A stretch of 64,000 nucleotides of DNA from Marsupella aquatica. Its lineage: Eukaryota; Plantae; Marchantiophyta. The stretch's first letter is position 1, and every line of letters begins with the position of its first letter. The notes under the pieces were generated by a model. That model saw only the letters and a program-made list of their open reading frames with translations. It searched no databases and had not been told where the DNA came from. Positions 1 to 13,146 of the stretch are shown here, piece after piece. The translations under genes and the position numbers were made by a program. The stretch covers positions 1,573,573-1,637,572 of the forward strand of contig OZ316899.1 in NCBI GenBank assembly GCA_973895155.1. Reading direction: 5' to 3'.

Positions 1-466
1 CTTGCGTAAGTTTCCACCTATACTAGCTTCTTTACATTAGCTATGTATGAATTTGAATATGACACAGCCTATGATTGTGATTGAATGTAAAATATGATGG
101 GATGACCATGGCTGTTAATTACTTGTCAATGTACGTTGCAAGGCTTAATGCCAAGTTCAAGTCAGGGTTCAAGTATATTGGTGGCAAATTCTAAGTCTGA
201 ACTAAGATGTAAATCTTTGATATTGTAGTGACCCCTATCCCTCAGGGAAGTGCTATGATGGCCAGTGCAAGTGGACCGTCCCAACAGTCAATTATGCAGC
301 AGATGTCTCGAGCTGCAAAGAAACATTGGGTGGATCACACAGCTGAGCGAAGTAAAATGGGCATGAAGAAAGCAAGTATTCAGGTATCATGCCAACTTTA
401 ATTCAAACTCTTCTAGCAGATCAACATAGGATCAAAATAGGATGCTTGCCAATTTTTAAATAGAAG

Positions 467-3400
467 TTGGAAACAGCCCCGACCTTTATCCTACTGACAG
501 CATCGGTTAGTTTGAATCAATCACAATCGACAATGATGTCTCGTGTGCAGATTTGGAATGACGATATTGATGCAAGTGACCAGTTCCGGGGACGTTGGGC
601 AGACGACCTTCGTGCAGCTTGTGTTGGCAGACTCGACCCTTCCGTGCGTAACATTGCTAAGCAAGACAAGGACATTATTATCCATTTGTATGATGTGATG
701 GCTACTAATTGGCAGTATGTAGGGGGGACTTTGTCTGAGAAGAAGTTCAGGTCCCACTTGTCAAAAATAATGAAGGCTCAACGTGCAAAACTTCACAAGC
801 ATTTTCAAGCAATTGGGAAGCGCTTGGACAAGAAGCCTCCTGAAAATGTCAAGCCTGAGCAATGGAAAACACTTTGTGAGTGGCGGTTGTCCCCAGAAGG
901 ACTAACCAACATTCAGAAAATGACTAGAGCGAGAGCAGAAGTGAAGAATCCATCTAAAGTTGGACGAGGTGGCTATCGTGGGAGGGAGGCAATTTATGTG
1001 AGTGTGCTAACCCTTATGACATGATCATCTTTCAGTTTGTGCCATACATTCTCTGAGTGTGCTGATAAATGTTTGATTGCATTATTGTGCTGATAGTTGT
1101 TCCTGCCTTTTTCAGAAGAGGCAGAGAGGTCATAGCCCAGGTCTATCAGACCTTCGACCTAATCCTTTTGATGACAAAGCAAATGGTTTGGGTTGGAGGT
1201 CAGATGTAAGCCCATCCTTGGCAAGTACTAATTCCATCCTTGGTACACCTACTCACCAGCTAGGGAGGAACTCAATCGTGAGTTTCTTTCTCTTCCTTTC
1301 CATATTGTAAGTACACCTGTCTCGGGTAATATTTTAAGAGGACACAAAGTGGCTGTATATGGCTAATTTTTTTACTCACTGTGGTTTTCCAGACACCTGT
1401 ATCCAACCTTGTAGTTGAGCGAAATGATGAAGTGATTTGTGAGAAAATAACCAGTTCTATCAATACTACTTTAGCTGCTGGGTTGGCACTGGTGGCTAAG
1501 ACAATTGCAGAGAGCTTGGGAAATTACCAGCAACATATGAGTGTTTTGCATCAGAAGGAGACATCTCATGTAGGAGGGGTAGGTATCAATATTGAAGCTT
1601 CCCAAGAGGGGGGTGGTGGACCTGGAGCACTTGGTACGTCAAGCCTACCCACTTCCACAATTAAGGCTGCATCGGGCACTTCAGCACCAAAGAGTTCTGC
1701 AATGAAGTTGAATTTTGTGGATCTGTCCAAAGAGGGTATGTCTGTCTAATTTGTACTCTAAGCTAGGTCATGACCATTTGCTCTGGGTGATCAAAAATTA
1801 AGAGCTTAATTTTGTAAAATCATTGTAATGCAAATGATTTGTAAAAGCATTTCGATCATCTGAAAAATTGAATAATATATGTCCATGTCGGTGAGGAAGG
1901 TGCGGAGCAGAAAGACCTGATGGACGATGCGGAGTATAGTCACTCTGTGACTATAAAGCAGGAGGTCTTAGATGATCCCACAAAGGTCCTTATCTCCAGT
2001 TCACCTCAACTAACTCCTAAGACAGGCAAGGGCCGAAAACCTAAAGGAAAGGTAAGGTTTTTGTGCTGCACTCAACTATCTCATAGTATAGATGCAAACT
2101 TTGTGACAAGGTGCTTAGCGCAGGGGCTCAGGAATTGTGTACATTCAAAGTTTTCTCAGGCCTGTGTTCTTACAAATTAGCTCTATGTCTTGTACGTGGA
2201 TGGTGGATGTTCGAGTGGAATATGCACAGTATGTAGAATTTTTTTCAGTCCAATATATATGCACACCTTGTAGTTTGCTATGAAGAACCAAAAACAGATT
2301 TATAGGTCTTCAAACTCGGTATTCGTTCCCGTAAAGAACAAGATGGGGTTGATTTGATACATAAAAACACAAATGAGAGTTTAAGGACTCTCTTTAACAC
2401 ATAGTAATCAGGATTGATTACTTTAATAAGGTATTTTGAAGATCGCTCCACAGCGGTGAGTAGTTTTTGATGATAACTCAACATCATATAACCATCAATT
2501 AAGTAAAAGGTTGCAATTAACAAAACACAAGGAAAAATCTCTTAGAGTATGTTTAAGGGAGTTTGGAATATACCAAGGTTACTCCTTAGACATAAGCAAT
2601 AATGGAATGACTTTAAGGGAATTCAAATCCACACAGCTTTTCAGATCTAAACTGCATACTAGAGTATCCTTTTAAAATGCCGGCAACATGTCTTGACTTT
2701 TCTTCCTAAGTGATACTTAGTCAAGATCTAAAAGGATAAATACTTCAGCATTTAAATGGTACTAAGCAACATCAAGGTGAAAACATCATTTCCAATGCAA
2801 CTTAAACTCAATGGGTTAACTCTAAGAACTTGTGAGATTACAATGTGTCACCAAAGCGGAATCTGACATTATAATTCACGAGATTCATAACTGAGGTTTT
2901 ACTTCAAGTATTTGGGTTCCAAAATACAAGAAGGAGGTAAGTCCCTCCTAGGATTGCATGCTCTGAACTTCAAAAAGTCCAAAATCACAAGGACAACACC
3001 AAGGGGCGACAAGTCATGTCTGACTTACTTACTGCTGCTTATTAGAAGTGGAAGGTACTTATAGTGAAAAACATCGAGGAAAAACCCTTGGGGGTTGAAG
3101 AGTCATGACCCTTCAAAACCCTCAAAAAGTCAAAAATGAAAACTAAGTATGAAAAGGTCTAAAACTAACTAAGTTAAGTTTACCGTAGTATCGTAAGATC
3201 GTAATTCGTAAAAGCATAGGTTCGTAAGATCGTAATTCGTAAAAGCGTAGGCGCGGGAACTTAACGATAACCCTAAACTCAGCAAACTAAAGTATTTCTA
3301 ACTTTCTAACTACAATCCAAAGTGATTGAGACTTTGCCAATGTGTTTTCCTATGTATAAGCTGTCTACTGAAAAAAAAGACTTGATGAGTTTTGGAATCT

Positions 3401-6400
3401 TAAAACATGTCTAATAAAATCGAGCGGGGTACAGTAACTGAAACTGCCTCTGACACTTAACAAAATTGCAGGTCTGCTTCAATCTTTTGGTTGTCGAATA
3501 TCCTTTGGTTCTCTAATTTCTACTTTCCAAATAGTGCGTGTCCGAATAGCTTCCCTTACTTCATCACAGTGAGGTTGATCCCGGATGTAAGGTAGACATC
3601 TCATCTGTCTTCCCCAATACATAAGTGGCATCCTTTTCTCCAAAAAGCACTGGTTGATTCTGATTGCTTCCCGTAAGATGCCTATGACATCTAAACAATT
3701 GCACGAGTTGGCGTAGACAGATGGGTAGAATTGTAAGAACATCTATGTACTCAGCATCTTGTTGTAGGAGGATCGTAATTTCCACTGCACATCCCGGAAG
3801 TAGCGAGTGTAGTTTGTTAGCTGCTGCGTGCTGATGTTGTTCCATACTCGCTGCTTGTCTTCATAAGAAGTGGTTGAAGTAAGGATAACCTTGGGTCCAG
3901 TGGGAATATATGAGTGATCAGGGGTAGTAGACTTGTTGCTCTGTTTTAGAAAAATCAGTAAGAAATCTAAAGCATAAGCGGCTATATTTCCCAAATAGGC
4001 TAGGATTAAATCCGGGTCATCAACTTCAACATCACCTTGTAGAAACATAACGGCCAGTATAGGTCGGAAGTAGACTGAATCTGTCCAGTACTCATCAAAC
4101 TGAGCCAACTCCACGCGAGAGGTACCAATCATCCTGAGATCAAAAATGTAGCTAGCCTCTGCTTTCTTCAAATAATAAAACCTCCAGAACTCACTTATAG
4201 GCGGTGTATTGGCATGCATAACCTTACAAGTGGTGACATACTTCTGGACTTGTTGCTCTGGTGTTCTAGGCTCCATTTTATAGATGATAGCGTTTCTAGG
4301 AGTCTGGGTAGAAGAAGTGACAACTGCAACAAGGTTGGGGTTAGATCGCAAGGCTGCATTAACTCTTTCGAATCCCTGATCTGGTGAGTCACAGACTGGA
4401 ATATCATAGGGAGAGAAGTATTCTGGTGTGGATGGAGGATCAGAATCTTCAGAAAAGGGAAATCCTTGCTGAGAGAAGGGCTGTGTGGAGTGCAAAGATT
4501 TATGAGGTAGACTATCAGTAGGCTCATAATTTGAATCAGGACTATAGGGAAACTGAGAGGATGGCAGTGGGGAGCGTGAAGGTTCAGGTCTATCAAGAAA
4601 TTCATCGACTATGGAGGTGACTTCTTCTGAACGGCAGCCTAACATAGTAGTTAACTCATGGACAATCTTAAGGCAGGAGTGATGTTCTACAGATGAGCAG
4701 GGAGGAGGCTCTGAATTTGTAGGTGAGGTCTCCTTCAAGTCCGTAGGGGATGGAACTGAGATTTGAGCCCTAGTCTTAACAGCAAAAAGTTCCTCTGTGG
4801 AGAACTGAATTTCTGCTGGAGGTGAAGATGATGGCGAATTCTCATGATCCGGAGATGAAAGTGCAGAAGGAGGAACCTGTGTCACTGCATCATGGCGCAA
4901 TTGCTCAATGGTCTCGTACAGTGAATGAAAGTCACAGTTGAGCAAAGCACACACCTTACTGATCAGGGTCTGATTGGAGTCGTCCTGTGCAAGTCGAATA
5001 GGAAACTTCCCAATTCCTGTGGAAAGGGGTGGTGAGGGGATCCTTGGGTAGTCTATCATCTCAGCATCTGTAGTAAGTGCTTCTAGGTCCATGGGTACCT
5101 CATCTGAAGGACTTGAATTGTGAAGACTTGCCCGGCTGCCTGGAGAAGCTGGCGATATGACGTTTGCCTCTTCTGCTGTAGTAGGCATAATTTCATCTTG
5201 TTCCCACAACTTGGAGATTTCTTCCATAAGATAATCTCTCTCCATCACCTCCTCAGGAAGTGAGCAATCAAAAGCGGAGTATAGCTGGGCTAGATAGTTT
5301 TGCAGTTGAGTTGATTGACTCGCCCTTAATGTCCGAAGTTGATCCCTCACAACATTGAAAAATACCAAAGCCCAATTGACCTTTACTCTACCACTGTGCG
5401 CAGCGATGATGGTATTGGCCAGAGAAATGGAGCAAACAGTTGGTTTCTTGGGATGAAAAATAGGAACCAAAAATTCCAAAAGAATTCTTAGCTCCAAATG
5501 ATTGCATTGACTCACAATCCAGCCATTTCTCTTATTCCGGGTACCTGAAAAGTATGGAGTGGATGTATCATCCTTGGGCGAAAGTAGCGCTTCTCCGTCA
5601 GCAGAACATCCAAAAGCATACGCGAAGTGATCTATGGTCCATTTGCTGGGCCGTCCTCGAATAGAAGTAGGCGAAGGTGAGGCGACAATTGATCCTCTGA
5701 CAAAATCTTCCAGGTAGGTGTCCAACTCTGAAGTCCATGGTAGTCATAATAATTTCTCCAGTCCAAGCTCTCTCAAGGATTGGCGTAATGATTCATAGCT
5801 CTCTTCGGTCCTGGGGAGCCTGATGACGAGCGCTTTTGGAATTGCCATAGAATCAATGAGGTATTCCTCATCACAATCAAATGTTGCCATAGCTCTCGGG
5901 TTCACAAATCTTGAGGTGGATGCTGATCAGATGAAGCGGAGCGATGCTTGTAAGCGTCGGAAATAGTCATGCAGAGAGTGATTCGCTTTGGTCGTAAGAT
6001 TTCACGCGATGCGGCTCATAGTGTACTTTCCGCCTGTTAGTCTTGCAACGGCATAATCTTCTAGTACCGCGTAAGTTCGTAAATCGTAAGGTAATAAGAT
6101 CGTAAGATCGTAAGATCGTATCTTACTAAAAGGCGTAAAAAATGTAAGTTTAAGTGAACTTAAACTTTAGCGACCAGAAAATTTAAAAATTTGCACTTAA
6201 TCTTAGCTTTTCAAGTTTACTGTATATCCACACGTGCCTGACTCTATGCTCTCAGTCTAAGTTTGTCTAATTTTTCCTTTGATCAGATGCCAAAGGTGGG
6301 AATCATGCAAGCTCTTGAAGAGGGCAATGAAACAATCTCAGAACACCCAACCCCTTCAAGACCTCTAAGTACGGATGTTCTGAAGTCAGCGTCTTCACCA

Positions 6401-6889
6401 ACTGTGTTGAAGGTGACAATCTTCATAGATTTCTCCTTTTCTAAATTAATTACTATCATTTTGCATCTGTTCATTATCCTGCATTATGCATGATTCACTT
6501 AGCAGTGATTACATCCCTTGAAATGGCGCACATCAGTATTGTTGCAAGCCAAGGGTTCATTGGCACCGCAGATTAAAAATATGGTCTCTAATTAAATTAG
6601 CCGTAATATATTGATTTACTGTTGGCAGTTCAAGATTGGGGACGTGGTGAAATTGAAGTCCCCAGTGGACTCTCGGGTTGTTGCTCTTGCAACAGTGCAG
6701 GGAGTCTGGGGGCAAGATTTTTACAATGGCAATGAAATTCCACCAGGACATTTGATCGTGATTGCAAATGAGGTGTTTGAACAGGATGCACCTCTACTTG
6801 AGAAAGAGCATCCAAACTCTCAGGTCAAATTTCTGAAGGATGTGGGCGACAGACATTTCTTGTGGTACCAGAAGTTGATGAGGAAGTAG
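467..6889 (+). CDS. CACTA ORF2/TnpA-like accessory protein, spliced (exons approx. 467-997, 1116-1277, ~1380-1736, ~1905-2051, 6287-6412, 6629-6889; more exons upstream)
   Basis: WKTLCEWRLSPEG...NPSKVGRGGY resembles the Ptta/En/Spm Transposase_24 region; VVALATVQG...GHLIVIANEVFEQDAPL...LKDVGDRHFLW resembles the Tnp1/En/Spm (Transposase_23) domain. GT/AG junctions 997/1116, 2051/6287 and 6412/6629 are all phase 0. Confidence 0.7.
2270..6230 (-). mobile_element. ~3.95 kb insertion (element E) in the CACTA intron, probably a solo LTR of the coding-LTR gypsy group; ends approximate
   Basis: Sits in a phase-0 intron (2052-6286) and contains one ORF homologous to the LTR-borne ORF of element B, with no gag/pol. 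Candidate ends: TG 2276 to CA 6213 with AGTT duplication, or TG 2269 to CA 6230 with CACCT/CACGT. Confidence 0.5.
3743..5848 (-). pseudogene. LTR-type accessory ORF (~700 codons) with one in-frame stop near 5746
   Basis: ORF 3743-5725 extends in frame to ATG 5848 (LGLEKLL*LPW). LEFLVPIFHPKKPTVCSISLANTIIAAH...VNWA aligns with VSFLLPILSLAKPRQVTIRIGNTITASY...ISWA of 17355-18092. Confidence 0.7.
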
Positions 6890-7547
6890 CAAGGAGTTGT
6901 TTTTTGATAGAATGTAGTGACTTGAGCTCTTTGGTTCAAGCTCGAGTAGTTTTGATGCACAAGCTGAGTTGGCCAATAGACTTGTTTTGTGATTAGTTCA
7001 TCCAGGAAATACTTTACTGTGATTCTGAACAGTCGATCATGTACATTGGAGGTGAAATGAAGTCTACAGTCTCTATGCAGAATTTTATATTCATTCAATG
7101 GCTTTTTGTGTATATTTGCAATGTATATATCCTCTTGCAGTTGATTTCTAAGACATGTCTTTCTAGCTAGACAATTTGTCAGGATGATTGGAAATAGGAC
7201 CAATTGGGAGAATTGGTCCAATTATGAAATGACACAAAGGACTAACTAAATAACTTCCATGAAGTCATAAATGACTGAGCGGAAAAGACTCAAATATTGG
7301 TAATATAAGACATCAACAAAATCACTCCGATAGTAGTCATTATAAACATGTCCTAAATAACTACAATTATCTCCACGTGTACCCTACTAGGAATTAAGCT
7401 ATCAAAGTGTCACCTGTTGGCTGCTGGGATGATATAAAGGAGACACGTGTCCACTTGTAATTTGGTTTGTGTGGCTCAGACCTTCCACGTGTCTAAATGC
7501 TATTTGATGGCTTTAGACACATGTTGTTTCCTTATTTGATGAGTCAT

Positions 7548-7645
7548 AACACAATTCAACTCTGATTTTGAGTTATTTAAGACCATCAGTTCTTTTTAAC
7601 GAAACACAATTCAACTAAGATTTTGAGTTATTTAAGACCGTCAGT
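7548..7645 (+). repeat. 43-bp imperfect direct repeat (7548-7590, 7603-7645), CACTA subterminal repeat
   Basis: aacacaattcaact(ct/aa)gattttgagttatttaagacc(a/g)tcagt occurs twice, ~190 bp from the TIR. Confidence 0.8.
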
Positions 7646-7819
7646 CTCCCAATGGACGGTGTCATAAACAACCTGCAATTTGCAGTTGTTGATAAAAACA
7701 ACTCTATGTCCAAAAGGACTACTATACCAAAGCGACTTGCCTTTGTGAACTCAAATGAATGAGTTGTAAATTGTCCCAAACCACTCATAAGCTAGTCATT
7801 TTTTCAGTAATAAAAACAT

Positions 7820-7834
7820 CATTTCCTTCTAGTG
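7820..7834 (-). repeat. CACTA terminal inverted repeat (3' end)
   Basis: Reverse complement CACTAGAAGGAAATG matches the CACTA(G/C)AAGAAA-type terminus; copia coding sequence starts immediately after. Confidence 0.75.
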
Positions 7835-8253
7835 GGAGGTCTACAACTGGGTTTGTTTTTACTCTTGGAGGAGGATGTATTAGTTGGAAATCTACCTTGC
7901 AGAAGTGTATATCTCAGTCTACTACAGAAGCAGAGTATGTTGCAGCAGCTGAAGCAGCAAAGGAAGCAATTTGGTTGGATAAGTTGATTGCGGAGATGGG
8001 TTTAGAGCATGACAAAATGACTCTAAACTATGATAGTCAGAGTGCTCTTCACTTGGCTGCTAACCAGGTGATGGATAGCAGGGTGAAGCACATTGATATC
8101 AGGTACCATTTTATCAAGCAAGCAGTGTCTGATAAAACTTTTGAGCTAGTCAAGATTGATGGAAAGCTCAATCCCGCTGATGCCTTTACCAAAGTGATTC
8201 CTTTGGAGAGTTTCTCAAGACACCGTGCTACTTTGCAAGTTTTGCAGTTGTAG
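7835..8253 (+). pseudogene. pol: Copia pol C-terminal RNase H fragment, cut by the CACTA insertion
   Basis: RSTTGFVFTLGGGCISWKS...STTEAEYVAAAEA...DSQSALHLA...KHIDIRYHF...NPADAFTK are diagnostic copia RNase H motifs. Confidence 0.92.
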
Positions 8254-8772
8254 TGCAAGTAGAGTTATTTAGCAATGTGTAATTATTTGTATATGGATTA
8301 CTCATTCCTATTTGGCTACGACTTAGTTCTAGTTAACCCTTAGTTAACCCTTGTGGTTTTTAGGGGGAGACCTGGTTTGGTGATTGTCTAGAATTTCCCG
8401 TTGAGGATTCCATATGGTAGCAATTAGTCCAGTCCCCAAGACAAGAGTCAAGGGGGAGTTTGTTAGATATTGCTCTAGTCTTGTGACTCATGAGCTAACC
8501 ACAGTTAGTCTAACTCGAGTTAGGACTTAGCTAATGTTAGCGGTAGTGCTGGTGTGCATATAGCCAGGGCTGATGCCAGACCCTAGTGAAACTTAGGCTC
8601 ATTGTTATGGAGCTAGTTGAGAGATAGGGAGAGCTTGTGCTGTGGATGCTTGGTATGGCCGGTCGGCCTAGAGTGCAGTAAAGCTCTTGTGTGTTCCCGT
8701 GGACGTAGCCTCATGTGGAGGTGAACCACGTATCTCTCTGTGTCAACTATTGTGCGTTGGATGGTTCATGGG

Positions 8773-11700
8773 TGTCACGTTGTCAGCCTTGGCCTTACTC
8801 CGGGCTTCGGCTTAAATAGGCACATCCTTTGTCAAAATGAGGGTTCGGGCAGGGAGGGAGGCACGGAATGCACCCAACTTACATAAAATAGCGCTAAGTG
8901 CACCTATCGTCATATATAGACACCTCCTAGGTATGATTTGTGTTCCACCGCCGTAACGTACCTCAATCGATAGCAGGATCGACCCTGGCTTAAGGGCTTC
9001 TAAGCCTTCGTATTGTCCGCCTTCGTATTGTCCGCCTTCGATCCGGATTTTGGTGGTATGGGTGCTCAACCCGGGCTCGCAACCACGTACACGCAAGCTG
9101 CACCCCGTGCACTACTTGGGTAGTGCGTTCGGCCAAGAGTTGGCACCTATACACGAGATTCACACACATACATACGCACAAGCATAAAATCTTGATTTAT
9201 ACGAAGGAAATAACGGGAAGGGATTTTACTCCATAAGAGACATATGCGTACACTTAGTTGACCCGAATGCTCTAGAGTGAACAGGTCCAAGGCCGAGGGT
9301 GTACACTACAACGGAGCCCGGCTCCGCACTCGCCCAATGAGCTTAGTCTTACACCCTCCCCTTGGCACTCTTCCACTCCCAGAGGTCGGGACTCCCCGCA
9401 CATACCGTGGATGTCCAATACTGAGACTAAAAACCCCCCTGCCTCTACCGAGGGGTGCACTAAATACTAAGGGCCGAGGAACGGAGTGTCCTCCCGCCCA
9501 AAGATTTGCTCACTTAGGTCCTAACTAATCTGACTGTCAGGCCAAAAAACGGATGTGTCTTATTAGAAGATCCTAACCTACGCAGGCTGGACAGCATGGC
9601 GGTGCTGCTCTAACTAGGGCAGGTTCCTGTCCCCATAGCCTGATTTAGCTATTCCTAACCCTATTCTATTCCTACTCTACCGCTAATGCCTGGCACGCTT
9701 GCCAGAGCCGCCCGAGTGGGAGCGACCATCCCGCTGCTTACAAAGTCTGTCGTTGTCCGCCTTGAGGAGCTGACTTGGTCCAGCAGAGATTTGTTCTCTC
9801 GCTTTGCCGCCTCCGTCTCCTCCGCTGCCTCCTGGCATGCCTCCTCCAGTTGCTGGGCGTCGCTCGTCAGCTTGCCCGCCAGCTGGTCCTACTTCTCGGC
9901 TTTGGTTTGGAGCCGTGCCACTTCGGCCTGTAGCGTGGCTATCTTCGCAGTGTCCCGCTGGGCCCGTTCTTCGGCCTCCTCCAGGTCTTTCTGCCAGATG
10001 ACAGTTTGATTCTTCAAACTGTCAATCTGGTTCCGGAGTCGTGCAATCTCGGCCTCGTTCCCAGCTTTGGCCTGTTCGGCTAGGGCGGTAAGGGCGTGCG
10101 CCTTCGCTAACAACTCATCGGCGGCTGCAACTTTGGGTCGTAGTTGCAGAAGCTCAGCCTCTTGAGCTGCAACTTTGTTCTTTAAGTATACGGACTCCAC
10201 CCGGTACCGCTGTATCCTCTGAAGGGCCTCTGACTGGGCCCAACCTGCCTTTACTACGGCAACTCCTGATTGAAGAAACAGGCTACCTTCCGGGCCATGA
10301 ACTCCCCGGTATCCCGGGCAATTTGATGAGAGAAATCTCCCAGAAACCCGTTCAGAAATGTACCCGGTACGAAGAGTTCCGGGTGGTCCAGGTTGTGCCT
10401 GTCCGGAGTTGGGCACGGGCAGACGTCAACAAGCGCGGGGGCTGGGGCAGTGACATCCAGCCCTAGGGACGTAGTGTTGGAAGGGGTTGGAGTGTCCTCC
10501 TGCAGCAATGTCCGGTTCTCTGGAATAGCCACCAGTGGGTCTTTGGGAGACCCGGGCTTGAGTAAGGCCTCCGCTGTACCGACTTCTGTACTTGGCCCGG
10601 CCTGTTGGATCGCATCTACGGTTGCGATTACCGACCCATCCGGTACCTCCTCGGTCACGACTACAGCTACTTGTGGAGGTGGGGTGGGTGAAGCCTGCGT
10701 GTCCGCTGGACTTTGGGCCTCGGGTTGGGGCCGTCTCTCCAAGGCCGGGAAAACCCACCTAGCTGGGACCAGCTTTGTAACATTGACACGGGGAAGGGTT
10801 TGTCGATCAAACCGAGCGTACCACTTGAGAATGATCTCGATGTGGCTAGCGAAATATGCCTTTCCGCCAATGTATAGCGTCTTTCTTCGCCGCTCCATCT
10901 CTTCATGGAATTTCTTAGCGAAGTACGACGCCCACTTCCTAGGTCGATAGGATAACCTGGGCAGCGGAGATCTCCCCCCGGGGTTCCATCATGTGGAGGG
11001 CGTACCTTTGGAACTCCAATCGCTCAGCTATCTCGAGGATGAGGCAGGTCCTCATCACAAACCCGTTGTCCACTGCTCCCTTTGAGGGAAAACTCGAGGA
11101 TTGGTACTTGGCTCCCTTGCCCCTGGGAGCCCGTGATTTGACTCGGTGGTCACCTTTGGGTAACCCGAAGATCATCTTGAGCCGTTCTTCCATGAGGGAT
11201 ATATTCCTTCCCCGTAGACGACTATGTTGACGTGCATCATCATAATTCTTGACGAATTCCGTCATGTCCTCCCCGTAGTACCTGCAAGTGTTCCAGGGGA
11301 GAGAGGCGAAGTGCTCGAATCCCTGAGTCTTCAGGTACACCGCATGTTTGGGATGGAGGATGTTTTTATGCACGTTTTCCCCCATGCGGTGCATTGTCAC
11401 CTTGGCCGCGGCTACCGTGGCCAATGGTAACCCGGATGCAGCGGCGGGTTCCTTCCTCTTCTTCCCCCGTGACTGGCTCGGGGAGGGTGACACATCCCCA
11501 TCCTCTCGATCGGGCATAGGTAGTGCTACCGCCGTTAGTATTGGGCCCGGGGCGGCCACGGTCACCGTGTTGTCTGCTGGAGCCGCTCCTTGGGTCCGAG
11601 CATGGGGAGGGGACGATGTAGTGTCGGCCCCCTGAGTGTTTGCTCCTCTGGGCCGCCTGAGCAAGGGTGGGGTAGCCTCATCGTCGTCGCTAAGGTCCAG

Positions 11701-12776
11701 CGCGTTGATGATGGAGCGTACTTGTAATAGCGGGGCGATCGGTGATGGGGGTTGGCTAGGCTGAGGCTGAGACTGAGACTGAAGTTGAGCCTGAGTCTGC
11801 GTTGGTGCGGGTAAGGGTATGGGGTCGACTGGGCCGGCGCCGGCGGTTGAGGATCTAGTTCCCATGAAGCTCTGCAGGTGCTGGTAGAAGTTCTCCGAAG
11901 CAAGTGCAGACGGCCTTGTCGAACGGGTAGTGCTGGACTCGCTGTTGATGATAGCCCAAACCTGAGCAGGGATGTGGTCGAAGTGATGTCGTTGCAAGTC
12001 GATCGTACCCGGGATATTGAAGACCTTGTCCGGAAGCCGAAGCAATGCTTCTGAAAAACCGATATATTTGTCTCCATTGAAGAAGTACCCAGATACCTCT
12101 GCTGGTCGGTAAAGCTCGCTCTGAGATGGGTAGTCAAAGTTAAGGATATAGTGGTGTTGTCCTGCTAGGCGGATGGCTCTCTCGTACTCGCGTTCAATTT
12201 CATATCGGCGCGGGTTGGCGTGTTTCAATGAGTCGGCCAAGTATCTTCCGGTAGATAGGAACTGCATCCAGAATCAAATGGCCAAACTGGAGAGGATCGT
12301 GTGCGACATTCAGAGGAGATAGCAGTGGTGACTAAGAGAGAACGAGAGAGCTGGGGTCAAAGCTGGCGCGTGGATTGATGGACTGGTGCACTACAAAGGG
12401 TCGGCTCCCCTTTTATACCTTGAGGGCTTGTCGATCACCCGACGTCTCCTCGTTGCCTATAGGCTGAACCGTTCATGCTTGTAGTGTACCGGCCACTCCG
12501 CCGGTCTGAGTCAGCGCGTGTCAGTGGCCGCTTCCCTAAGTTTGTTATACGGACCCGAGGGAGGGGCCCCTCCACGCTCGCAACCCGGGTGTGCGAATGG
12601 CGACACGCCGCCAGTCCAAACATGAATTCTCCTTATTGACTAATGATTTCCTACTCATAATGGTTACCTAAATACTGTCGTTATGCTAATAATAGCGGCC
12701 TAAGATACCCCTAACGCACGTGCTAAGCGCGGTCCAGACTGAATTACTCATTACTTGCCATACCGGCGGCGTCACA
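8773..12776 (-). mobile_element. 4004-bp solo LTR of gypsy family A/C, protein-coding
   Basis: Minus-strand TGTGACG...CGTGACA termini, perfect 5-bp TSD ATGGG (8768-8772, 12777-12781), and full-length homology to the 5' LTR at 35597-39605. Confidence 0.93.
9683..12309 (-). pseudogene. LTR-encoded ~875-codon PMD-like/coiled-coil accessory ORF (A copy; one nonsense, frameshifts)
   Basis: ORF pieces 10939-12267, 10254-10898 and 9889-10416 are collinear with 36064-38711; ATG at 12309, stop at 9683. Confidence 0.8.
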
Positions 12777-12956
12777 ATGGGCTTGCCATTGCGAATATCG
12801 TCTATGCTCAACAGCACGTACTCTTTCCTTAGAAGAAAGCAAGAGGGTTTTAATGAGACCACACCAATGGATACCATGTACTACATTGATCTATCATTTA
12901 TGATTAGATGTTAAATAACCCTAGTGTGGTTGCATTATCTATGATATAAAACAACC

Positions 12957-13146
12957 AAGGGGGAGTGTTATAACCCATAGGTTAGGTCAACATCCAACCC
13001 TAGTTAGGGGATTAAATAAGGTAGTACTATAACTACCACTAAATGTATACTTAAGGAGGTATTAGTAACCCCCCATGAATGGATGAACCTTGATTGTTGG
13101 TGTACTTGACATTTTTTCTCCTAAGAATTATCTTAACCTCTCAACA
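12957..13146 (+). mobile_element. Possible PPT plus short (~180 bp) LTR of another element
   Basis: AAGGGGGAG (12957-12965) followed directly by TGTTATAAC... ending CTCAACA at 13146; no partner LTR or coding region seen. Confidence 0.3.

Larger units (their letters stand above)
1..7834 (+). mobile_element. CACTA (En/Spm) DNA transposon, 3' portion; 5' end lies before the window
   Basis: Spliced ORF2/TnpA-like gene, subterminal repeats, and a terminus CATTTCCTTCTAGTG (reverse complement CACTAGAAGGAAATG) at 7820-7834 abutting copia RNase H sequence. Confidence 0.75.
7835..12813 (+). mobile_element. Ty1/copia element, 3' end (RNase H, PPT, 3' LTR split by a solo LTR)
   Basis: RNase H 7835-8253; PPT AAGGGGGAG 8450-8458; LTR begins TGTTAG at 8461, is interrupted at 8772, resumes at 12782 and probably ends CTCAACA at 12813. 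Confidence 0.75.

Noticed and set aside
1-2200. Host gene at the window start
   Set aside because: Motifs match the CACTA ORF2/TnpA family, and a CACTA TIR follows the last exon.
9003-9036. 15-bp tandem duplication in solo LTR A
   Set aside because: Single copy in LTR C; a local slippage event with no evident function.
8812-9528. Small ORFs shared between LTR copies (8812-9096 with 39249-39566; 9277-9528 with 38751-39116)
   Set aside because: Explained by nucleotide identity of recent LTR copies; starts and stops differ and no domain is recognisable.
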